From Octopus vulgaris (Eukaryota), in assembly GCA_951406725.2 (NCBI GenBank), contig OX597832.1, positions 36,518,001 to 36,582,000 on the forward strand: a stretch of DNA of 64,000 nucleotides, given 5' to 3'. The notes under the pieces are model-generated. The model made no database searches and was not told where the DNA came from. It saw only the letters and a list, made by a program, of their open reading frames with translations. Numbering within the stretch: the first letter of the stretch is position 1; every line of letters starts with the position of its first letter. Positions 39,241-52,400 of this stretch are shown here, one piece after another. Both the position numbers and the translations under genes were made by a program.

Positions 39241-41362
39241 AAATGTAAAAGCAAAAGCGTTTTGCATTATCAGTATCATGAAAAATAAAATATGTAATTA
39301 ATAGTACTTAATGTGGCAGAATTTTAATTGAATTACACTATGTAATGGGCTGTAACCTTTTTTTTATATATGTTTTTTTTTCTCTGTTCTTGATACTTTG
39401 TTTAAATGGTTGATCAAATAAGATGAGGTAACTAAGTAGCTTTAACTATTTGTACAAAAAGCAAAAAAATTAATTAAATGCATAGTTTAAAATGATTTGT
39501 TTGTTGAAAGAACAACAAGAAAACAATGTATTTTAACAGAAACAGGATATTTTTATCAGCATGTTCTTCTCTGGCAAAAATCATCAACTATCAAAAATTA
39601 TTCAAAATGTGCAAATGCAGGTTCTTTATTGAAAAAAAATTTCCCTCTTTTTATTTTTCATTCCCACCAAAATGAAAAATTAAATGAAATGGCAGTTTTC
39701 CATATTTTAATTATCATTTTTTAAAAATATTCTTTGTAAGAGAAATAAAAAGGGAGTGCATTGCTATCTAAACTTAAAGTTAAAAAACAACTCAAGCACG
39801 TTTTAATGAGCAAGAGTGAACATCAATTTAAGTAGGCTTAAAATGAAGTTATTTTCTTCAAAAGCCTGACAGCTGTGCTAAGGTTTTTGAAGATTCCATG
39901 GGAGAAAATTTGCAATTAAATACTTTACTTACCTTGTTTGTGATGAATTTTTGTGTGTGTTGTTTAGTAGCTATCTTCCACACACACACACAGGTGCAAA
40001 GCTTGAGTGACTAACAGCAAACACTCCATATGAATTGCACCCACTAGAAGTTCTGATATAGGGTTGCTATTTGTAGAAATTCAGGTTTTGAAAGGCTTGT
40101 TTCTACAGCTGGATTTTTCTGAAAATTTGTCAGTTTGAGTCATGTGGTGGTTTACTATCCAGTTACTGCAAGGACTATCCACTCTTTTGAAGACCAAGTT
40201 TAATATTTTTTAACTAGTGTTGCCAAGCTGCCTGTGATTGAACGAAACAATAATAGGCTGAAACTAATTGGGTGGTGTAGCAAGTTCCCTGAAAACCTGT
40301 CAACTGATAAAGATCAAAATGACATCAGGCTAGGCTACTGCTTGTACACACCCTACACCGGTGCACAAAAAGACTATTTGTACATCAGTGATTTTTGGGT
40401 GTTAGTGCAAAGAAAGGACTCTGATTTTAACTGAAGCATATATTTTTGAACCAAACTGTTTTAAAGTACAAAAGAAAAACATTTAATCTATTAAAATATA
40501 ATCGAATTTGATGGCATAGTTTATTTTTCTTCCCTTATCCATACTTCAAAGATGACTAAAATGATATGCAAATTTGATCACCTTTTCCCTCAAGCTTCTG
40601 AACACTGTGCTTAATATAATTTTAGTCACTTGTCTTTTCTTAACTCCAAACTCTCCTCTCCTAAGGGCCAAGAGGGTGGCAAATGGACTTCATTAATGAA
40701 CAAGCAAGAAATAGCAACCAAAGCTCCCTCAACTTACACCTTGGTACATTTTAAAAGATATGCCACATTTTATAACATAATACTAGCTGCACTATCTAAT
40801 TAAAAGACAGGCTGCTACTGTCTTTGATGATAGGTGCATTCAATGTGGACTAACCTGGGGTTAAGTAACACAAATTACAATTCTATTGTATATCAGGTTC
40901 CATGTAGAATTCTATCTATGACCAGGTTACACTTCATAATATTACAGTAGTATTTGAAAAAAAAAAGTGAAAATACCAGTTTTTATGTGTCCTGAAATAA
41001 CCAAAATAAATCTTACACTGTGTTGCTATTTCAGTTACAACACACAGACTAATTTAGCAAACATTTACAACTCCAAAATTTCTAGTACCCTTAAATAAGT
41101 TAATAAGTCAACTGAATGAAAGATCTTTTCTCTCTGCAAAGATATCAAGCAATCATCCCAGTGCTGAAAATACTCATTCCATTTTTCAAAAAGGAACCAA
41201 ATTTTGCATTTATTTTCCCTGAAGTTTGAGGAAATTTCAGTTGAGCATTGGAATATCGAAAGACTTGTATCTGTGGATGAATGAGTGAATTATTGAGGAT
41301 CTTGCATCATTGGCCGAGTTAATTATCATGAATTAAAACTAGGAGAATATTTTGGCTAATAT

Positions 41363-41720
41363 TTACTCTTTTACTTGTTTCAGTCATTTGACTGTGTCCA
41401 TGCTGGAACACCACCTTTAATTGAGCAAATCGACCCCAGTACTTATTCTATCGGTCTCTTTTGCCGAACCGTTAAGTTATGGGGACGTAAACACACCAGC
41501 ATCGGTTGTCAAGCGATGTTGGGGAGACAAACATATATATATATATACATATATACGATGGGCTTCTTTCAGTTTCTGTCTACCAAATCCATTCACAAAG
41601 CTTTGGTCGGCTCGAGGCTATAGTAGAAGACACTTGCCCAAGGTGCCACGCAGTGGGACTGAACCTGGAACCATGTGGTTCGTAAGCAAGCTACTTACGA
41701 CACAGCCACTCCTGCACCTA
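41363..41720 (-). mobile_element. tRNA-derived SINE family A, directly downstream of the 5S pseudogene
   Basis: Reads ACTCTTTTACTTGTTTCAGTC ... CACAGCCACTCCTGCACCTA. Confidence 0.85.
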
Positions 41721-41733
41721 TAAAAATGTGTGA

Positions 41734-41864
41734 CACTTACAGCACCTAGGTTTCCCAAGCAGTCACCCATCTAAGTACTAACTAGGCTCAACATTGCTTA
41801 ACTTCGGTGATTGGATGAGAACCGGTGCTTTCAACGTGATTTTCAACGTGATATGGCCGTAAGC
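41734..41864 (-). pseudogene. RNA5S: 5S rRNA pseudogene, full length, with a 12-bp internal duplication
   Basis: The reverse complement reads GCTTACGGCCATATCACGTTGAAA...GCACCGGTTCTCATCCAATCACCGAAGTTAAGCAATGTTGAGCCTAGTTAGTACTTAGATGGGTGACTGCTTGGGAAACCTAGGTGCTGTAAG, the metazoan 5S pattern with many CpG-type transitions. TTTCAACGTGAT is duplicated at 41829-41852. Confidence 0.92.
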
Positions 41865-43057
41865 CATATCCTGTTGTGGATAATCTCAATTAAGCAGTGT
41901 TGATCATTTGACAATATTAAATATGTGAAACCTTACAATATATGTATTTAGTGTGTGGAATGCTCTGTGCTGTATTTTCTTCTCAGCCATCTTTTTGCAA
42001 AGTATTTTATTTTGTTTTATTTTCTGAAAGAAAAACAAAAAAAAAATTTTCAAAGAAATGTCACAGGTTTTGAAGGGGATGTTTTGTTTTTATATTTGTC
42101 CAAGAATTCAGGCTATTCTATTTCTTTTTATAGGTCAGTCTGTTAAGTTTGTTCTCAGAATATAATTTACGAGGTCACACATTGATATATGTTCATACAT
42201 GCATATGCACACATACACACATGTGCATATGCACACACATACACACATGTGACTAGGCAGAGGCATGGCTGTGTATTAATGAGTTTACTTATCAACCATA
42301 TAGTTCTGGGTTCAGTCCCACCATGCAGCATCTTGAGTTGACCAGGAGCTTGTGAGTAAATCTGATTGATGGAAATTGAAAAGAAGCCAGTTGTATGTGT
42401 GTGTGTTTGAATTGGCATTGCATGCTAATTCTGAACAAAATTTGCTTCTTCACACGGGTTTGTTTGCAGTTTTCTATGCCTGGACCAAGAAAAAATATAT
42501 TACCTTGCTTGGGAGGTTGGTGACAGTAAGAGCATCCTGCTGTAGAAATTCTACCTCAGTGAATCTTGTCTGACCCCTACAAGCATGAAAAATAAATATT
42601 AAAAAGATTATAACACACGCACAGTCGTTCACAGACTCTATAACCCAAACTTAGAAATAATAAATTTCCATCAGTTTTGATAACGAGTATTCATTTATTC
42701 AGTTAACTGAATATCCAGCTCATTGAGCTGGTGACTGAGTATTCCATAGACATATGTACTGTTAATGCAACTTTTGGACAGAATCGGTATAATACAATAA
42801 ATGACAAAGCTGTACTTTTGAATTATATACACCATCCATTCAGCAGGCTTCCTTATTGATTCCATCTTGCTAATTTCAGTCACAAGGCTTGGGTTGACCT
42901 GAAGACATGGAAGTTGAAGGGAACACGAGAGCTCATAATTGGGAAGTTTAAATCATTTGGCCATTCACTGTGCAAATGAATAATCTTACCCCCCTCTCTC
43001 TCTCTCGCACACACACACACACACAGCAATATAGTATCTACATAAAGTTTAAATTGA

Positions 43058-43518
43058 CCCTTTAGCATTTAAACTATCCATATCCAGTCCAAATGTTCTG
43101 TTCATCATCATCATCATCATCGTTTAACGTCCGTTCTCCATGCTAGCATGGGTTGGACAATTCGACCGGGGATCTGGGAAGCCAGAAGGCTGCACCAGGC
43201 TCCAGTCTGATCTGGCAGAGTTCCTACAGCTGGATGCCCTTCCTAACGCCAACCACTCCGTGAGTGTAGTGGGTGCTTTTTACGTGCCACCAGCACAGGT
43301 GCCAGACGAGGCTGGCAACGGCCACGGTCGGATTGGTGCATTTTACGTGCCGTTCAAACTGCCCATATCTGGTATATCACGCCTACCCTGTAATGTCATT
43401 CTAAAAATAGGCAATCACATCATGGAAATCTGGAAGCTATGAGATAATGCATGATTAGCTCAAAAAGATGTGTACAAATAAGCATTACATTTGATAGACT
43501 AATCTGAATGCTAAAGCG
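43058..43518. mobile_element. piggyBac-like MITE, copy 3, interrupted by an RTE 3'-tail insertion (43102-43352, minus)
   Basis: Reads TTGA-CCCTTTAGCATTTAAAC ... AATCTGAATGCTAAAG. The nested (CAT)n-tailed element is flanked by GTTCA on both sides. Confidence 0.65.
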
Positions 43519-44747
43519 TCTCTGGAATTCTCAACCACTTCCTTAATAATCCGTGCACTGAGCAGGTAGTTCCAATGACTGAACAAACGGCATAGTCATT
43601 TATCAAAACTGATGCAACATTCACTTGAACATTATTCTATCCCTTGATGTAATCACATTTAATAGAAATGTTTTTCAGAGCATACCACCATTTCCATTCA
43701 GGTTACTGGTTTATGCAACTCTACTTTCCACCGAGCAGGCAAGTCTCAACAGAGCTTTGGTGACCAATTGTTGCATTTCACCTGTTTCTATGCTTAAATG
43801 CGACATGGTCATGCAAGGCTAGTGATAGGCGTATAAAATATTCATGAATAAAGCAGCCTTGAGGATAGTGGTTTGTTTTAACAGTGCGGAATCTATAACC
43901 ATATATAACAACTATATATGAATAGCTGGTGACGTTTAGTTGGTTGTTTAGTTGGCTTAGTGCCAGTCTTGTTACAATTGAAGTGTTGCTGCTTCAGATT
44001 CTGCTACCAGTTGTACTTGTGTTCTTGATATTTCTCATTGACTCAGTCCAGCTAACAGCAAATCGGTCCCATGGTGTGGTGCAATTACTGCTGCAAATAG
44101 TGTACAAAGTGTATTGAGGGAAACATCTGTATCATCCACAAATGCAATAAGTGCACTACTGTGATATGTGTATGTGTGCATGTATGTGTACATATTGACG
44201 TGTCTCTGTGTGTGTATATATGTATATATATATATGATTAGCAGACGTTACAGTGACTCAAGTGCTGAAAGTTTCATGTGTTAGTACTTATCAAACTAGC
44301 TTCCAATTAGGTGGGTTTTCCATTTTTAAGGACCCTATTCCATTTTCCTGCTTATATTACCAAACCCATGTGTGTGTCATTGACTGGTATAGTAAAACTG
44401 CTACAAATATAAACACAAACACCAGCAATCAATACTGTTGTGAATCTATGCATCTTTGTGTGCCTCTGCTGTCGATAATGTCAAATGTATTTGTCTTACT
44501 TCAATGTATTGGAAACGATAATGAAATGAAATGAAAGTATCAACATTGTCATTGCATCATCGTCGTCATCTCTTAAATACTTTGTATCTTGAAAACTTGT
44601 CATTCCTTAGTTTAGCTCCTTTTCAGTTTCACTCCCTGGGCATTGTACAGCCTGGGGCTCAGAGCACAATACCAGTGGGATTGAAATGAAAACCGAAAAA
44701 CATGCCGTCCCCTCAAAATATGGGTAGACAAACATGGCAAATCTGTG

Positions 44748-45143
44748 ATACGAGGAGGTTTTGATAAATCGAGTATAGCTGATCATGTATGGGAAAATGG
44801 AGACCAGCTCCCCGATGAGGGATGAAGTTAAAATAATAGACAGAGAACACCACTGGAAATTACGAAACCTAAAAGAAGCAGCACATATGCTAGGACACAA
44901 CAACCTCCTAAGCAGACCGAGTGCAGATGTGAGCAGCATATGGGAACCGGTATTAAGGAAGAATAGGAAAATATTAGATTTATAAGCCCTAAAATTCACT
45001 CCATAATTGCCCACGGGTATATGGCGCAGTTCGAAATTTCGCCCAAGACACCTGATGAAGGCTGGAGGGTATATCAGCCGAAACATGTTAACAACAAATA
45101 AGATGAGGATAAATATCCGTCAAGTGTGAATAATGTAAATAAT
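44748..45143 (+). mobile_element. 5'-truncated Penelope/Poseidon-type PLE: GIY-YIG endonuclease C-terminus plus internally deleted pLTR with hammerhead
   Basis: Reads RGGFDKSSIADHVWENGD..(frameshift)..DEVKIIDREHHWKLRNLKEAAHMLGHNNLLSR with stop at 44985. This is followed by CCCACGGGTATATGGCGCAG|TTCGAAATTT and the same hammerhead and tail as the 19-kb and 62-kb elements. Confidence 0.82.
45047..45089 (+). ncRNA. Hammerhead motif, family 1 (intact CUGAUGA and GAAA; short deletion at the cleavage site and stem I)
   Basis: Reads GACAC-CUGAUGA-A-GGCUG(GAGGGUAUAU)CAGCC-GAAA-CAUGUU. Confidence 0.75.
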
Positions 45144-46368
45144 GAATATCTGTCTGTGTTTGGACTGACCTTGCGCGGAGGTGACTCAGACTCCTGCTTC
45201 CATCGCTCTTCATACACATGCATTTCAACACATACACACCATTCTACACACACATGTACTTGTTTACTCACACACATACACATGCATACTCCCCTAAATA
45301 TACACACATTCACGTAATCTTCGATGCTTTCCCACCCATGCCACATGATCTCACCCATACAACTTCAGTCATGTTACTGATGTCTCCCTTTCCACCAACC
45401 ATTTCCTTCTGATCAATTCAACATGTGAAACCATTAATCCAGGCGTTTTTTTCTTTCTTTTCTCTGTTGTCTTCTTCCCTCATTCCTTTCTGTAGAAAAG
45501 CCTAGGCTCAAAAACATCAAAGACTCTTTCAATTTCCCTGAGCATCCAGCTAACAGACCTGCTTGGTGTTTCCTTACCTGTCCTTGTCTTCTGTTCTTTT
45601 GTTCTTTTTGCATAAGTTTGAACCATACACACTGACACACACACACACATCTCGTCCAACCCATGCTAGCATAGGAGACGGATGTTAAACGATGATGATG
45701 ATGATGATATATATTTAAATTTAAGAAGGGATGGTATTATTAAAATACCATCACATGTGGCAAGCGAGTTATCAGCCATACAGGCAAATTAATTAAATAT
45801 ATTCATACAATATAAAATAATGTATGTATGTGTGTGTGTGTGTGTGTGTATACATGAGCACCTGCATTGCTAAAAATAAAAGTCAAAAATACTTCTGTAT
45901 CACAGAATAGTCACAAATCTACTACAGGTATGGTTGTAAAAAATCCCAGTGAACATAAAAGAACCGTCTTCCCTCTGCTATTCCTGGTCAACTTGGATCT
46001 GGTTTCGAACTTGGCATCAAATAGTTACCTGTTTCTCTTCAGCCAAAGTCTGCCAGCTTCCCTTCTACTGAAATTTCCCCACACCATGCCTGCAAAAGTT
46101 TGTTTGAAGAAGTCACCAAATACAAGTGAAATGCATGGAATTATTTATAAATAATTATGAGAAGGAAAATATTATTAGGAAAATACCGCCACGTGTGGCA
46201 AGAGAGTTTATCAGCCGTACAGGCAAATTAATGGAATATATGTACTTTATATATATATACTTTATAAAAATATTTCAATTATACCGTAAATGGTCGTTTT
46301 ACATAGTGAACACTACTTGGTAAAATTAATTAATTAATTTTACCCTTTATTATTGACAATATATATAT

Positions 46369-46536
46369 ATTTCTTTACTACCCACAAGGGGCTAAACACA
46401 GAGGAGACAAACGGATTAAGTCGATTATATCGACCCCAATGCGTAACTAGTACTTAATTTATCGACCCCCGAAAGGATGAAAGGCAAAGTCGACCTCGGG
46501 GGAATATGAACTCAGAACGTAACGGCAGACGAGATA
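46369..46536 (-). mobile_element. SINE family C (GACTTTGCCTTTCATCCTTTCGGGGTCGATAAA central domain); other copies at about 6124-6342(-), 28716-28915(+), 33470-33665(-), 54945-55080(+) and 63700-63755(-)
   Basis: A conserved central block recurs in all copies. A tRNA-like head GGTGGGGAGCTGGCAGAATCGTT...GAGTTCAAAT is visible in the longer copies. Confidence 0.75.
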
Positions 46537-46563
46537 CACACACACACACACACACATATATCT

Positions 46564-46595
<32 letters not shown>

Positions 46596-46597
46596 TT

Positions 46598-46629
<32 letters not shown>

Positions 46630-47267
46630 CTACACACACAAACACACGAAGGCACCACATGAGCACCTACATCGCTAAAAATAGTAGTCAAAAATACTTC
46701 TGTGCCACAGAATAGTCACACACACACACATTCGAATATAACTCTTCTTCATATAAAAATTATCTAAATTATCATGACATGATGTCATCATCTGTGCTAC
46801 TTATCTTTGATAAATCTTCTGGCAAGAAGAATTAATTTTCAGAAAAAATATCAAAGGATTTCCTCACTCTACACATTTCACACTGATAGTTACACACGTA
46901 CACACACACAGCCTCTCTCTCCCTCTCTCGCGCTCTCTCTATCTATCTATCTATCTATCTCTCGCTCTCTTTCCTTCTGTCTCTCACTCTCTCTGCTTGT
47001 CTCTCTCTGTCTTGCCTCTCTCCCCCCTCTCTCTCTCTGTCACTCTCTATCTCGCTGTCTCTCTGTCTATCTCTCTCTCTCTCTCTCCTCTCTCTGTCTC
47101 TCTCTCTTATCGGTCGTGTTATTCTTTGCTGCGCCGTGAAAGATCGTTTTTGTGCTGAAAATCGTGAAAATTTGCTGTTTTGGTCGTCGAGACGACTTCT
47201 TTTCTGCTCTTGCAGCAGAGTTTTGCTGTTCTTTCCCCCATGTTTCAAGGGGGAAGCGACGAAAAAC

Positions 47268-48016
47268 ATGAATTTGCCACCAATTTCTTCCGAGTCGGAG
47301 GAAAACTTTGAAAATTTGTTTCAAGGCGAAAATGTGGGAGGAGGAAGGTAAAAGTAAAGAGACGAATATGTAGGAGGAGGAAGGTAGAAGTAAAGAGGCG
47401 TCTCACGCGCGCGTTACAAAAGCAGACGACAAGATGTCTGTCGAGGCTAAACAAGAGGAAAAATGGAAAATTTTGCGATTGCAGCAACTCGCCCCTGCGA
47501 AAATATAATTATTAACCAGGAAGATTTGAAGAAATACCAAAGTTTACTAAAAAACGAAGGTGATAATGTGAAGTTGCTCCCTTCCAGTGAATTAATTTAC
47601 GCTTCGGAGAGAAAGACGGTAATATGTAAAACATATACTCTTTTTACTCTTTACTCTTTTACTTGTTTCAGTCATTTGACTGCGGCCATGCTGGAGCACC
47701 GCCTTTAGTCGAGCAAATCGACCCCGGAACTTATTCTTTGTAAGCCCAGTACTTATTCTATCGGTCTCTTTTGCCGAACCGCTAAGTGACGGGGACGTAA
47801 ACACACCAGCATCTGTTGTGAAGCAATGCTAGGGGGACAAACACAGACACACAAACATACACACAAATACACACATATATATATTAATCAGCCGAAATTA
47901 CTACGATGATCCGGTTCTTGACTGAAGACTGAGGGTTTCGAATGTCCTGTCCGTGTTTATTGTGTCGTCTTCTAAGAGTTATACGTTCTTGTCCATGTTG
48001 TATTTTTCTACATACC

Positions 48017-48053
<37 letters not shown>

Positions 48054-49440
48054 GACAGGCTTCTTTCAGTTTCCGTCTACCAAATCCACTCACAAGGCAT
48101 TGGTTGGCCCGAGGCTATAGTAGAAGACACTTGCCTAAGATGCCACGCAGTGGGACTGAACCTGGAACCATGCGGTTGGTAAGCAAGCTACTTACCACAC
48201 AGCCACTCCTGCTCCTATAATGTCAAAAATAAAAAAATCGATTTCGTACCGAGGGAAGCCATAAAAAAATGCTTGAGGCCGATATGGCAACAAACAAGCT
48301 ACATAACGAGGGGTAGTCGCTTCGGCACTGTAGAGGTGCGTCTCCCTAGCGAAGAAAAAGCTAGGGAACATTGAACAAGGACATTGAAGTCGGAAGAAGT
48401 AGTTCCCCTGCCGACTTAGGAAAGAGAACTTCAAAAATCACAGTCATGGATATACGACCCGAAATAGATGTGGCCTTTGTCATAGCCGCTATTTTCATAG
48501 GCAAAGAAGTTTCAATTCTTCAATCTAAGAGATACCACCACATGAACTGGTTTGGACAAGATTTAGAGCTTGTCATTCAAGCAAACCCTTCAGACTTAGA
48601 AAAATTGCCCAGTTCCCTTACAATTGGAGAAAATACCAGCATGATGGTGGTAGTCGAGGGAGAAAGCCCAGGTGTTACAAATGTGGCGAGAAAGGCCACA
48701 TAAGGTCGAGCTGTAAGAAGAAGACAGCCAAAGGAAACGCAGCAGAAGAGGCAAGCACGATGCCAAAGACAACGACCACACCGCTAGAAATAGCAGCCAC
48801 GTCGTGCACCCCAATTGCCGAAGTACAGTCGACAGCAGGAGAAAACAACATCCAGGAGTGGGTCAACATGGAACCTTCAAAAAGAAGATGGAAACGGAAA
48901 AATCCACCTTCTTTGGATACACAGGACTAGGCTCCGAGACAGAAAAGCACACCCACACCCACAGTCGCAAACACACACGTGGCCAAAAAAACACACACAC
49001 TGGAAAAAGGACACACACATACCTACCACATGCACACACACCTACAAACACACACGCTTCTACAAGCACACACACACACACACACCCACAAGCACCTCTC
49101 CACAATCGCCTAATATAACAAAGAGAAACACCTTCACAGCGATAAACAAAAATAATAAACTATTAAGAGACAAAATTGTTTTAATGAAATCGGCGAAAAA
49201 ATATATCGCAACAGATGTAAATAATACTATTCTTGAAAGTGTCGAATTTTATACTATAGATAACTCTGACTATTTTGAACTAAAATAATCTTTTGCGGAG
49301 GACGTTGGCCTGTTACAGGTGAACTTTTTGAGCCATCTGTACAGGCAATTCGCAAAAAAAATGACCTCGCAGGCCACAACACTCACAGACAGAAAAGAGG
49401 AGGGTGAAACTACACCCTCTCTCCCGTTAAAACAGTAAGT
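47268..49440 (+). pseudogene. Disrupted LINE ORF1 (gag-like, CCHC zinc knuckle), interrupted by a SINE
   Basis: The frame reads ...SERKTVICKTY|NVKNKKIDFVPREAIKKCLRPIW... across the SINE at 47638-48215. CYKCGEKGHIRSSC (CX2CX4HX4C) lies at 48673-48714. Several frameshifts and stops are present, and the ends are approximate. Confidence 0.75.
47638..48215 (-). mobile_element. tRNA-derived SINE family A, full length, inserted in LINE ORF1
   Basis: On the minus strand: head GGAGTGGCTGTGTGGTAAG...GGTTCAGTCCC (A/B-box-like), CCTTAGGCAAGT, internal (TA)/(TG) tract and (AAAAGAGT)n tail. TATA is duplicated at 47634-47637 and 48216-48219, and removing the SINE restores the ORF1 frame. Confidence 0.9.
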
Positions 49441-49449
49441 TTTAAACAT

Positions 49450-52400
49450 TCGACTAATTTTTCACATTCTCGTTTAAACTCGGTTGTGTAAATATTTGCG
49501 GCCTGGGGTTGTATTGGAAGCAAGGCTACCTCCTTTAAAGACCTTGGGTCACATCGTTTGGATGTAGTTGTAATTACTGAATCCAAACTGAGTGGGCTGC
49601 AGGCTTTTTCGCCCCTTCTAAATGGCTACGAGAAATACGTTTTTCCCTGTCGACCTGGAGGGGCTGGAGGAGTGGCAGTGCTGGTCAGAAAAAACCTGGA
49701 TTTAGAGATTAGAACTGTCTTTATAGATCCGGAAGGCAGGTTGGTCGTTTTGGATGTGACGCACAGCAGTGGTAAAGTGTTCAGGCTGGTCGTTGTCTAT
49801 GCTCCCTGCGAAGGAAAAGCCGGGCAGAAAGATTACTTCAAAAGCCTAGTGAATTTTCTTGGCACATCGAACACGTTAGTATTGCTAGTTGACTTCAACA
49901 TAATTTGCGATGCACGCGTAGATTATGTTGGCTCGAGAAAGAATAGGAGGGGATTACCTCACCTCAACGATCTGCTAAGTTGTTTCAAGTTGGCAGATCG
50001 ATTCAGACTGGACCACCCAGACACTCCAGTGTGGACCTGGGCAAGAAACGATGGGTCGTCCAGATGTTACATAGATAGAATCATAACTAGAAGGAAAGAT
50101 AAGAAAATACTTAGCTATCCACAACACCATATCATCAGCTACAGCGATCACAAATTAGTGACCTGTACACTCAACATAGATAACGTGTAGACGAGGTATC
50201 GGTTACTGGAAGCTAAACAAGTCACTATTGGACTGTGAAGCCTACAGGAATTGGATTAAACAATTAGTGATGAGGGCGTTAACCGGATCCATTATCAACA
50301 ACAAATGGTGGTACGCCCTGTAAAGAGCCATCAAATTTGAGTCAATTAGGTTTAGCAAAGAATTAGCTAGTGCTAGAAACAAAGTAGAAAAGGAACTAGT
50401 TAAGGCAATAGATGAGGCAATGAGGTCAGGCAGTACATTGAAAGTGTTAGCAGCGAGGTTGGCACTCGACCAACATCTCAAAGCTAAAGATGAAGGGTGC
50501 ATTGTCAGGGCTAAGATCCATGCAATGAGACAGGAAGGGATCAACACAGCCGGATGGGCCCGGGTGGTAGAAGGCCAGCGTGGCAACAACTCAACCATTC
50601 GATCTTTGACGGACCCAAATGGTCGATCAGTAAACGAACCCATGGAGATGTGCAAGGTGTTTCACGATCATTTCGCCCAGCTATTTGGGAGGAGCGGTGG
50701 ACTGGAGCGTGGGGAGAAGCTCGCAGACTTCCTAGCCGGTTTGCCGCGTCTATCGAGGCCGGATGCGGAATCTTGTGAGGCGCCGATCACAGCCAAGGAA
50801 GTCGAGGATGTGTTGGCAGACTGCGGCGGGGACAAATCGCCAGGACTCGATGGTCTGCCTTACGAACCCTATAGTAGCATGCCAGATTTGTTTGGGCACC
50901 TACTTGAATGCGTGTACACCAACTGGCAGCAGAACAGGAGAATTCCTAAGTCTGTGAGCTGAGGGGTGGTAGCGCTGTTAAGAAAGGACCCAAACAAGGG
51001 GGATTTAATTGATAATTTTCGGCCCATCACTCTGCTTAACTCAGAGTTGAAGATTTTGGCCAAGGTCTTAGCAAAAAGGTTGGTGCGGGTCGTGGGTGAA
51101 CTTGTTGGCGAGGCGCAAACTTGCGCCATCCCTGGAAGGACCATCCACGACAATCTCCACTTTCTACGCTATGCCTTAGAAAGGGTAAATAGGATTCCTG
51201 GCAAGGGTGGGGCTATGGTCCACTTGGACCAATCGAAAGCGTTCGATAGGGTGGACCATCAGTATCTGGCGGCGGTACTCGCGGCGGCTGGCTTCGGCCT
51301 GACCTTCCACGGATGGATCAATGCTTTATACAGCAACATCGAATCCGTAGTTCAGGTGAACGGTTTCTTTTCGGAGCCGTTCCGCATTGAACGTTCAGTA
51401 CGTTAAGGGTGTCCTCTCTCCCCGCTTCTCTACGTTTTGGCCCTCGAGCTGTTGCTGAGGAGGTTGGAAACTATGAGGGGCACTCCGCAAGATCTATGGT
51501 GCGGAAAGTCAGCTACGGTGTATGCAGACGACATCACCGTCATTGTATCCCGAGTCGAGCACCTACAGTGGGTGAGTGAGGCCTCAAGGGACTACGAAGT
51601 GGTGGCAGGAGCGAAAGTCAACCGGGATAAGTCGATGTCTTCCGACAGCATCGTAGGACGTTGGATGGAAGGGCCAGTGAAAATGCTTGGAATCTGGTTA
51701 AGTCCAGATCTCCAGATAGAGAAGAATTGGAGCGAGGTGGCGAGAAAGGTGGCTCTCCTAACTCAGACCTGGTCTGAGCGGAAGCTGTCCTTGAAAGGGA
51801 GGGCGGAGGTTGCAGAGGTGTTTATCGCCTCTGTAATCACTTACCGCCTGACCGTCGTGCCTTGCCCCGATTCGTGGCTGAACAAACTGGAACGCATGCT
51901 CTTTCGCATTTTGTGGAGGGGCAGCAGACCTCTTGTAAGGCGCTCTATTTGCTGCCAAAACCCGCTGAAGGGTGGGTTAGGGATGCCGTGGCTAAAAATG
52001 CGTAGACATGCGCTCAGGCTTAGGCACCTCTGACTTTACCTGGACGGTGAGCAGGTGTGGTCTCCGTTCGTCAGGCTGTTATTTCCACAGTTCACATCGT
52101 TTACCAAACTGAACCCATGGATCAAGTGTAGACCGAGGTTGGGCGTGTGACATGTAGAGTGCCATCAGGCACTCATGCTTCTCTCCAAGTTGGGCAACGC
52201 CGGTGGCGGGGGTACTACCTCGTTCTTCTATAGAGGGTTAGTAGAGTTTAAGTGTGACGACGTCCTGGGAGAAACCCTGGGCTTCGACGAAAATCAACTG
52301 GCCAGCCTGTTCCAAAGAACATTCGGTCCGGGGCCTATGGATAATTACCAAAAGTCCCTGGCTTGGCAATGTTACAGAGGAGCTTTACTGGTTCGACATG

